From positions 32,110-96,109 of the forward strand of contig QFQP01000014.1 of assembly GCA_003243425.1 (NCBI GenBank): a stretch of 64,000 nucleotides of DNA, given 5' to 3'. Below the pieces are notes generated by a model. It worked only from the letters and a program-made list of their open reading frames with translations, was not told the DNA's origin and ran no database searches. Source of the DNA: Archangium gephyra. GTDB lineage: Bacteria; Myxococcota; Myxococcia; Myxococcales; Myxococcaceae. A program made the translations under genes and the position numbers. The stretch's first letter is position 1; each line of letters begins with the position of its first letter. Below, piece after piece: positions 1 through 6,944 of this stretch.

Positions 1-1048
1 GCTGCTCATCGAGCGCGCGGTCGAGAAGTCGCGGCTGCGCGAAGAGAACCGGCAACTGCGGCAGACGCTCGTGCCGCGCGCCGAGTACTTCATCGGCACC
101 AGCCCGCTGATGCGCAACGTGTGGACGTTGGTCGACAAGGTCGCGCAGGCGAAGTCGACCACCGTGCTCATCACCGGCGAGAGCGGTACCGGGAAGGAAG
201 TGGTGGCCCGCGCGGTGCACAACCGCAGCCCGCGTGCTGCCGCGCCCTTCGTGCCGATCAACTGTGGCGCCATCGCCGAAGGGCTGCTCGAGAGCGAGCT
301 CTTCGGGCACGTGAAGGGCGCGTTCACCGGTGCGCAGAGCGATCGCGTCGGCATCCTCGTGTCGGCGGGTGAGGGCACCGTGTTGCTCGACGAAGTGGGC
401 GAATTGCCGCTGGGCACGCAGGTGAAGCTGCTGCGCGTGCTCCAGGAGCGCCGCGTGAAACCCGTGGGCAGCTCGCGGGAGATCCCCTTCGAAGCGCGCG
501 TGCTCGCGGCCACCAACCGCCGCCTCGATGAAGAGGTGAAGGCCGGGCGCTTCCGTGAAGATCTCTTCTTCCGTCTCAACGTCATCAACGTCGACCTGCC
601 GCCGCTGCGCGCGCGTCGCGAAGACATCCGCCCGCTGGCGACGTTCTTCCTCGGTCGTGTCGCCGAAGAGCTCGGGCGGCCGGGGCTGCGCTTCACCGAG
701 GAGTCGCTCAAGGCCCTCGAGGCGTATGCCTTCAGCGGCAACGTGCGTCAGCTGCACAACCTCGTCGAGCGCGCGGCGACGTTGAGTGACAGTGACTCGC
801 TGGGGCTCGACAGCCTGCCACCGGCGGTGAGCGGCGTGAGTGACTCGGCGTCTTCGGCCGACGTGCAGATCGGCGAGAAGTTCTCGCTCGAGCGGCACCT
901 CGACGAAGTCGAACGGCGGTTCCTGCAGGAAGCGTTGCGGCGTTCGGGTGGCGTGAAGATGCGCGCGGCCGAGCTGCTCGGCCTCACCTTCCGCTCCCTT
1001 CGATACCGTCTGGCGAAGCAGGGCCTCGGCGATCGAGAAGACGCATGA
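1..1048 (+). CDS. sigma-54-dependent transcriptional activator (NtrC family), 5' end cut by window edge
   Basis: The frame is open from nt 2 (LLIERAVEKSRLREENRQLRQTL precedes the track's first Met at 71). It has Walker A GESGTGKE, the sigma-54 contact loop GAFTGA, and a C-terminal Fis-type HTH (RAAELLGLTFRSLRYRL). The stop overlaps the next start (ATGA at 1045-1048). Confidence 0.9.
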   Translation, partial: LLIERAVEKSRLREENRQLRQTLVPRAEYFIGTSPLMRNVWTLVDKVAQAKSTTVLITGESGTGKEVVARAVHNRSPRAAAPFVPINCGAIAEGLLESELFGHVKGAFTGAQSDRVGILVSAGEGTVLLDEVGELPLGTQVKLLRVLQERRVKPVGSSREIPFEARVLAATNRRLDEEVKAGRFREDLFFRLNVINVDLPPLRARREDIRPLATFFLGRVAEELGRPGLRFTEESLKALEAYAFSGNVRQLHNLVERAATLSDSDSLGLDSLPPAVSGVSDSASSADVQIGEKFSLERHLDEVERRFLQEALRRSGGVKMRAAELLGLTFRSLRYRLAKQGLGDREDA

Positions 1049-2106
1049 AGCTGCGGCTGTTGCTCACCTCGGTGGTCATCGCCGTGGTGACCGTCGTGGC
1101 GACGTGGCTCACCATGCAGCCTCTGCTGGCCCGCGCCGCAGCCGGCGGCACGTGGCAGCGCGCGAGCTCGCTGGTGCTGGGCCTCGACCTCGTCGTCGCA
1201 GTGCTGCTGATTCTGCTCGTGCTCCAGGTCACGGTCGGTCGCCCGGTCACGCGCCTGGGCGAGGTGGTCGAGCAACTCGTTCCCGGCGCGCTGGACGACG
1301 GTCCGTTGCTCGTTCGCCTCGACGTGGCGCTGCGAAGGCTCGCCGCCGAGCTCTCGCACGAGCGGGGCGCCAGCCGCGGTCAGCTCGACGAGCTCAGCCG
1401 CTCTCACGAATCGTTGCTCCGCCTGCAGACCGAGCTCGTCGCGGCCGACCGCCTCGCCACCGTCGGCAAACTCGCCTCGGGCGTGGCCCACGAGGTCGGC
1501 AATCCACTCTCGGGAATTCTGGGGTACCTGTCCGTCATCCGCATGCGGCACGGCAGCAACGCCGAGTTGATCGAGCTGGTGGATCGCCTCGAGCAGGAGG
1601 TGCAGCGCATCGATCAGATCGTTCGCAGTCTGCTCGAGCTCGGCCGGCCGTCTCGCGGGCGCGCCGAGCCGGTCGACGTCAAGCCGCTCGTCGATTCGTG
1701 CGTGCGCCTGCTGCGCGCCAGCCGCGACTTCTCGTCGGTGAAGATCGTGGTCACCGGCGTGCAGTCGCTCTGGTTGCGGGCCGAACCGGGGCCGCTCTCG
1801 CAGGTGCTCGTGAACCTGCTCATCAACGGCGCGCAGGCCATGGGCGGGCAGGGAGAGATCGACGTGAGGCTCGAGCAGCTCGAGGGCGGCGGCGCGGTGA
1901 TCGTCGACGACCGGGGGCCGGGGCTTCCCGACGCGGTCAAGGCGCGCCTGTTCGAGCCCTTCTTCACCACCAAGCCCGCCGGCAAAGGCACGGGTCTGGG
2001 GCTCGCGGTGTCGCGTCACCTGCTCTCGCAGTTCGACGGCTCACTCGACGCGGGTGACCGACCGGGCGGCGGCGCGCGGTTCACCATTCGGCTCGCTGGC
2101 CCATGA
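1045..2106 (+). CDS. membrane-anchored sensor histidine kinase (PilS-like position)
   Basis: 353 aa with a hydrophobic N-terminus. It has H-box VAHEVGNPLSGILGY, N-box NLLINGAQAM, and G-boxes DDRGPGLP and GKGTGLGLAVS. It lies between two NtrC-type regulators. Confidence 0.9.
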   Translation: MKLRLLLTSVVIAVVTVVATWLTMQPLLARAAAGGTWQRASSLVLGLDLVVAVLLILLVLQVTVGRPVTRLGEVVEQLVPGALDDGPLLVRLDVALRRLAAELSHERGASRGQLDELSRSHESLLRLQTELVAADRLATVGKLASGVAHEVGNPLSGILGYLSVIRMRHGSNAELIELVDRLEQEVQRIDQIVRSLLELGRPSRGRAEPVDVKPLVDSCVRLLRASRDFSSVKIVVTGVQSLWLRAEPGPLSQVLVNLLINGAQAMGGQGEIDVRLEQLEGGGAVIVDDRGPGLPDAVKARLFEPFFTTKPAGKGTGLGLAVSRHLLSQFDGSLDAGDRPGGGARFTIRLAGP

Positions 2107-2130
2107 CCCTCTGCTAAGGCTCGAACGCTC

Positions 2131-3552
2131 ATGCCCACTCTGCGCAACGTGCTCATCGCCGACGACGAAGCTTCGATTCGTCACGTGCTCACGTTGGTGC
2201 TCGCCGAGAACGGCTACGAGGTGCGCGCGGTGAGCGACGGTGAAGAGGCGCTCAAGGAGCTCGCCGCGCGGCCGTACGACGTCGTGCTCTCCGACGTGCG
2301 CATGCCGAAGCTCGACGGCATTCAGCTCCTCGAGAAGGCGATGGCGCTCAACCCCGAGCTCACGTTTCTGGTGATGAGCGCGTACGGCTCGAAAGACCTC
2401 GCGCTCGAAGCGGTGGCCAGGGGCGCGTACGACTTCATTCAGAAGCCCTTCAAGCCCGAAGAAGTGGTGTTCGTGCTTCGCAAGGCCGAGGAGCGGCAGC
2501 GGCTGGTTCGCGAGAACAAGCGCCTGCGCTCCGGCCCGCTGGCGTCAGGGCCGCTCGATCGCCTGCTGGGCGGGAGCGAGCCGATGGCGGCGCTCAAGAA
2601 GCAGATCATGCGGCTCGCGCCCGTCACCAGCACCGTGCTGATCAACGGTGAATCAGGCACGGGCAAGGAGCTGGTCGCGCGCGCGCTCCACGAGCTGTCT
2701 CCGCGCGCGGCGATGCCCTTCGTCGCCGTGAACTGCGGCGCCATCGCGCCCACGCTCATCGAATCGGAGCTCTTCGGCCATGCCCGCGGGGCCTTCACCG
2801 ATGCACGCACCGCTCGGCGCGGGCTCTTTGCCGAGGCCGATGGCGGCACCATCTTCCTCGACGAAGTGGGCGAGTTGCCGATGTCGGCGCAGGTGAAGCT
2901 GCTGCGCGTTCTTCAGGAGAGCGAGATTCGCCCGGTCGGTGAATCGCGCTCGGAGAAGGTCGACGTGCGCGTGGTCGCGGCGACCCTTCGGGACCTCGCC
3001 AGGCTCGTCGAGAAGGGTGAGTTCCGCGAAGACCTCTACTTCCGCTTGAACGTGGTGCCGCTCAAGGTGCCGCCGCTCAAGCTGCGTGGTGACGACGTGT
3101 TCGTCCTCGCGCGCGCGTTCCTCGAGCGCTTCAACCGCCAGTTCAATCGCTCCCCGGCGCTCGAGGGCTTCACGCCCGACGCCGAAGCCCTGATCCGCGC
3201 CTACGCGTGGCCCGGCAACGTGCGCGAGCTCGAGAACGCCATCGAACGCGCGGTGCTGCTCGCCGAGGGTGGTCACATCGCGCCCGAGAATCTCCCCGAG
3301 AAGATGTGGACGGTGCGGCCCGCGCCGGGCGCCCCGGGGCTGGCGCTGCCGTCGCCTGCGTCGATGCAGTTCTCCTTGAAGCGCGCGATCGAAACCGTCG
3401 AAGCACAGTTCATTCGCGCAGCGCTGCAGCAGACGCGCGGCAACCGCACACGCGCGGCCGAGCTCCTCGAGATCAGCCACCGCGCGCTGCTCTACAAGGT
3501 GAAGGACTACGGCATCGACCCCGATGCCGAGGGCGAAAAAGGCCCCGCCTGA
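2131..3552 (+). CDS. NtrC-family response regulator (REC + sigma-54 AAA+ + Fis HTH), PilR-like by position
   Basis: 473 aa. It has a receiver with DVVLSDVRMPKLDG, Walker A GESGTGKE, the loop variant GAFTDA, and a C-terminal HTH RAAELLEISHRALLYKV. Confidence 0.9.
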   Translation: MPTLRNVLIADDEASIRHVLTLVLAENGYEVRAVSDGEEALKELAARPYDVVLSDVRMPKLDGIQLLEKAMALNPELTFLVMSAYGSKDLALEAVARGAYDFIQKPFKPEEVVFVLRKAEERQRLVRENKRLRSGPLASGPLDRLLGGSEPMAALKKQIMRLAPVTSTVLINGESGTGKELVARALHELSPRAAMPFVAVNCGAIAPTLIESELFGHARGAFTDARTARRGLFAEADGGTIFLDEVGELPMSAQVKLLRVLQESEIRPVGESRSEKVDVRVVAATLRDLARLVEKGEFREDLYFRLNVVPLKVPPLKLRGDDVFVLARAFLERFNRQFNRSPALEGFTPDAEALIRAYAWPGNVRELENAIERAVLLAEGGHIAPENLPEKMWTVRPAPGAPGLALPSPASMQFSLKRAIETVEAQFIRAALQQTRGNRTRAAELLEISHRALLYKVKDYGIDPDAEGEKGPA

Positions 3553-3553
3553 T

Positions 3554-3569
3554 CCACTACCGGTAGTGG
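3554..3569. promoter_or_regulatory. perfect 16-bp palindrome CCACTACCGGTAGTGG immediately after the regulator stop codon
   Basis: Read directly from the sequence; it is identical to its reverse complement. It could be a small hairpin or a dimeric protein binding site. The function is unknown. Confidence 0.4.
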
Positions 3570-3610
3570 GTACGAAGTGTCGCACCCGCGCTTGAGGGTA
3601 TACCTACATA

Positions 3611-3639
3611 TCTTTGACGTATAATTATGGGGTCAAAGA
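3611..3639. promoter_or_regulatory. 8-bp inverted repeat TCTTTGAC / GTCAAAGA bracketing a perfect TATAAT hexamer (3620-3625); candidate operator over a -10 element
   Basis: Read directly from the sequence. It lies in a locally AT-rich 143-bp intergenic region upstream of the XRE gene. No good -35 element sits at canonical spacing, so the promoter assignment is tentative. Confidence 0.35.
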
Positions 3640-3695
3640 GTGATCTAAAACGTTGACACTGCCCGGGTGGGCAGCGCACGATTCTGATCCAGAAA

Positions 3696-3911
3696 ATGAG
3701 CGACGACGAGACGAAGAAGGGGAATCGCCTTCAGACGCTTCGCGAAGAGCGGCTGCTGTCGAAGGCGGAGCTGGCGCGTCGTGCGGGTGTTTCCGTTCTC
3801 ACCATCGATCGAGTCGAGAAGGGTCAGCAGTGCCGGCTCGACACCAAGCGAAAGATCATCCTCGCGCTCGGGCTGAAGGTGACCGATCGCGATCAGGTGT
3901 TCGAAGAGTGA
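3696..3911 (+). CDS. small XRE-family helix-turn-helix protein
   Basis: 71 aa. The sequence LSKAELARRAGVSVLTIDRVEKGQ is a typical Cro/C1-type HTH. Third codon positions are G+C-rich. Confidence 0.75.
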   Translation: MSDDETKKGNRLQTLREERLLSKAELARRAGVSVLTIDRVEKGQQCRLDTKRKIILALGLKVTDRDQVFEE

Positions 3912-3988
3912 CGGCCGTTTTTTTCGGACTTCCCTGATCTGACCGTAGGCTTCAACCGCACGCAGGACACTCGAAGGAGCCGCTGCAT

Positions 3989-5071
3989 ATGGCGAAGGGC
4001 AAACTGGCGCTGGGGCTCGACATCGGATCTTCCGGTGTGAAGCTCATCCAGCTGAAGGAGCAGCGGCGCCGAGGCGAAGTCTCGTACGCCCTGCAGAGCT
4101 TCGGCATGAAGCCGCTGCCTCCGGAAGCAATCGTCGACGGCGCGCTGATGAACAGCACCGCCATCGTTCAGGCGATTCAGGAGCTGCTCGGCGAGCTGAA
4201 GGTCAAGCAGAAGGAAGTCGCGATCGGCGTCAGCGGCCACTCGGTGATCATCAAGAAGATCTCGATGCCCCGCATGTCGCAGGAAGAGCTCGAAGAAGCG
4301 ATTCAGTGGGAAGCCGAGCAGCACATTCCCTTCGACATCAAGGACGTGAACCTCGACACGCAGATCCTCCGGCCCGACGCGAACGACGCGACCGGCCAGA
4401 TGGACGTGCTGCTGGTCGCCGCCAAGAAGGACATGATCAACGACTACTCGTCGGTCGTGTCTGAAGCGGGGCTCACGCCGGTCGTCGCCGACGTCGACGC
4501 CTTTGCGGTGCAGAACTGCTTCACCGTCAACTACGAGGCGCCCGCCACGGAGACCGTCGTGCTCATCAACGCCGGCGCGGCGGTGGTGAACATCAACATC
4601 CTCTCGCAGGGGGTGACGACGTTCACGCGTGACGTGACCATCGGTGGCAACCAGTTCACCGAAGAGATCCAGAAGCAGCTGTCGGTCTCGTACGAAGAGG
4701 CCGAAGCGCTCAAGGTCGGTGGCGGCCGCGCCGACGCCGACGCCGTGGTTCCGCAGGAAGTCGAGAAGGTGATGAGCCAGGTCGCCGAGCAGGTGGCCGG
4801 TGAAATTCAGCGCTCACTCGACTTCTACGCAGGCACCGCGGCCGACGCGAACTTCACCAAGGTGTACCTGTCGGGTGGCACGGCGAAGGTGCCGGCGCTC
4901 TTCAAGACCATCGAGTCACGCGTCGGCGTGCCGGTCGAGATCCTGAACCCGTTCAAGCGCATCGAGATCGACAACCGCAAGTTCGACCCCGCGTTCATCA
5001 TGGACGTGGCTCCTCAGGCCGCCGTCGCAGTCGGCCTCGCTCTGCGCAAGCCCGGCGACAAACTCGGCTGA
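3989..5071 (+). CDS. pilM: type IV pilus assembly protein PilM (actin-like ATPase fold)
   Basis: 360 aa with N-terminus LGLDIGSSGVKLIQL. GAAGGAG lies upstream of the ATG. It is first in a pilMNOPQ order. Confidence 0.95.
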   Translation: MAKGKLALGLDIGSSGVKLIQLKEQRRRGEVSYALQSFGMKPLPPEAIVDGALMNSTAIVQAIQELLGELKVKQKEVAIGVSGHSVIIKKISMPRMSQEELEEAIQWEAEQHIPFDIKDVNLDTQILRPDANDATGQMDVLLVAAKKDMINDYSSVVSEAGLTPVVADVDAFAVQNCFTVNYEAPATETVVLINAGAAVVNINILSQGVTTFTRDVTIGGNQFTEEIQKQLSVSYEEAEALKVGGGRADADAVVPQEVEKVMSQVAEQVAGEIQRSLDFYAGTAADANFTKVYLSGGTAKVPALFKTIESRVGVPVEILNPFKRIEIDNRKFDPAFIMDVAPQAAVAVGLALRKPGDKLG

Positions 5072-5088
5072 ACAAGGACTGACTCGAG

Positions 5089-5757
5089 ATGATGATTCGC
5101 ATCAACCTCCTGCCGGTTCGGCAGGTCCAGAAGCGTGAGCAGGGGCGGCAGTTCATCGCCCTGATCATCGGCACGCTGATCATCGCCATCGCCGGCAACG
5201 CGTACTGGTACGTGTGGCTCGACGGGAAGCGTGAAGCCGCTCAGCGCCGCCTCGATGACACCAACGCTCGCATCGCTCAGCTCGAGCGTGTGATCGGTGA
5301 GGTCAACAACCTCCAGCGCCGCAAGAAGGAAGTCGAAGAGAAGCTGGCCGTGCTCGACAAGCTGCGCAAGCAGCGCGGCGGCCCGGTGAAGGTGCTCGAC
5401 GCGCTCGCCACGTCGATCCCCAAGAAGGTGTGGATTTCGAACTTCGACGAGCGCGGCGGCGCGGCGGTGATGACCGGCAACGCCGAGAGCTTCGACGACG
5501 TCTCGGAGTTCATGCGCTCGCTCAACGCGATCGTGTGGACACCCAAGGGCATGGGCCGGATCATCGAGCGCAAGCGCGACGGCAGCGCGCAGGTCGAGTT
5601 GCTCGGAGGCGACGCAGCCATCGAGCAGTTCGGTGCCACCGAGTTCGCCAATTTCTTCTCGAACATCGAACTTCAGGGCACCGAAGCGGCCATGGGACCC
5701 AAGGGCGTCAAGCTCGTGCGGTTCGACATGACGCTCCTGGTGAACTTCGCGATCTGA
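5089..5757 (+). CDS. pilN: type IV pilus assembly protein PilN
   Basis: 222 aa. It has the N-terminal IRINLLP motif followed by a single TM helix, and sits in the operon position expected for PilN. Confidence 0.9.
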   Translation: MMIRINLLPVRQVQKREQGRQFIALIIGTLIIAIAGNAYWYVWLDGKREAAQRRLDDTNARIAQLERVIGEVNNLQRRKKEVEEKLAVLDKLRKQRGGPVKVLDALATSIPKKVWISNFDERGGAAVMTGNAESFDDVSEFMRSLNAIVWTPKGMGRIIERKRDGSAQVELLGGDAAIEQFGATEFANFFSNIELQGTEAAMGPKGVKLVRFDMTLLVNFAI

Positions 5758-5764
5758 GGCCGAC

Positions 5765-6355
5765 GTGGAACAACTGATCGAACGCGTCAACAAGCTCGCA
5801 ACGCCGGTGAAGGCCGGCATCATCGCGGGCATCATTCTGTTGCTGACGGCGGGTACGTACTTCCTCGTCATCACCGACATCGAGACCCGCATCGAGGGCA
5901 TCAAGGCCGAGCAGCAGGCCAAGGACATCACGCTCGCCGAGAAGCAGGCCATCGCCGACAACCTCAGTGAGCGCCGCAAGGAGATGGACGCCCTCGAGCA
6001 GCGCTTCGAAGAGGCGCTCACCCAGCTGCCCGAGAAGAAGGACATCGAAGAGTTGCTCTCGCAGCTCAACGACGTGGGCAAGAAGGCGGGCCTGGAGATC
6101 GGCCGCGTCACGCCCGGTGTGGAGCGCCCCGAGGGCTTCTACTCCAGCATCCCCATCAGCATGTCGGTCGCAGGCAACTACCACGAGATCGCCACCTTCC
6201 TTCAGGAGATCGCCGGTCTGCGTCGCATCGTGAACGTCTCGAACCTCCACCTCGGCAACCCCACGATGCGCGGCGACAAGGTGATGTTGAACTCCGAGTT
6301 CATGGCCACCACCTTCCGCTTCAGTGATGCCCGCAAGCCGGGAGGTGCTCCGTGA
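5765..6355 (+). CDS. pilO: type IV pilus assembly protein PilO
   Basis: 196 aa with a GTG start. It has a TM helix, a coiled-coil segment, then a C-terminal core (IPISMSVAGNYHEIATFLQEI) typical of PilO. Confidence 0.9.
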   Translation: MEQLIERVNKLATPVKAGIIAGIILLLTAGTYFLVITDIETRIEGIKAEQQAKDITLAEKQAIADNLSERRKEMDALEQRFEEALTQLPEKKDIEELLSQLNDVGKKAGLEIGRVTPGVERPEGFYSSIPISMSVAGNYHEIATFLQEIAGLRRIVNVSNLHLGNPTMRGDKVMLNSEFMATTFRFSDARKPGGAP

Positions 6356-6918
6356 AGTCGCTCCTCAAGTTCTCGCTCTCGGCGGTGTTGCTGGGTGGCG
6401 TGCTCAGCGGCTGCGAAGACGAAGCGCCGCCGCCGCCCCCGCCGGCGGTCGCCAGGAAGAAGGCGCCGGTCGAGGCCGCGCCCGTCGTCGCCGCCACGCA
6501 GATCGACTACGTCTACAACGCCATCAACAAGCGCGACCCGTTCCGCGGCATGACCCTCGACACGCCGCGCACCGGCCCCGGCGACGGCGCGCCCACGCAG
6601 TCGTGCGACGACCCGTTGTGCCAGCTCGACCTCGACGAGCTCACGGTGGTCGCAGTGGTGAGCGGTGACGCCAACCCGCTCGCGATGGTCGAAGACCGCA
6701 AGGGTGTCGGCCACATCGTTCGCCGCAACACCAAGATGGGGAAGGCGGGCGGCAAGGTCACGCAGGTGCTCCGTGAGTGCATCGTGGTGACCTCCTTCGT
6801 CAGCGGCGGCGCCGACGGCAAGCCGATCGCGAAGAAGGACGAGATGTGCGTGAAGACCGCGGACGTGCGCAGCGAGCCCGCGTTCGACCTTCTGCGGAAC
6901 AAAGAGTTCAGCCAGTGA
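6352..6918 (+). CDS. pilP: type IV pilus assembly lipoprotein PilP
   Basis: 188 aa. It has lipobox LSGC, a Pro-rich linker and a DPFR motif. It overlaps the pilO stop by 4 nt. Confidence 0.9.
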   Translation: MKSLLKFSLSAVLLGGVLSGCEDEAPPPPPPAVARKKAPVEAAPVVAATQIDYVYNAINKRDPFRGMTLDTPRTGPGDGAPTQSCDDPLCQLDLDELTVVAVVSGDANPLAMVEDRKGVGHIVRRNTKMGKAGGKVTQVLRECIVVTSFVSGGADGKPIAKKDEMCVKTADVRSEPAFDLLRNKEFSQ

Positions 6919-6944
6919 CTGCAATGAGCCAGGAGAAGACCATC

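Noticed and set aside
748-2019. 423-aa minus-strand ORF and the 317-aa alternative plus-frame ORF (1104-2057)
   Set aside because: Both overlap the histidine kinase gene, whose H, N and G boxes are unambiguous. Both alternatives are Arg/Ala/Pro-rich low-complexity translations.
3912-3935. terminator after the XRE gene (CGGCCG followed by T7)
   Set aside because: The T-run is striking for this genome, but the preceding stem is only 3-6 bp. That is too weak to call.
3553-3988. sigma-54 (-24 GG / -12 GC) promoter upstream of the XRE gene or pilM
   Set aside because: I scanned the GG-containing stretches by eye (for example TGGGCAGCGCACGATTC and TGGGTACGAAGTGTCGC). None has GG-N10-GC spacing with a TGC -12 element. 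It is not called, and a matrix scan is still advisable.
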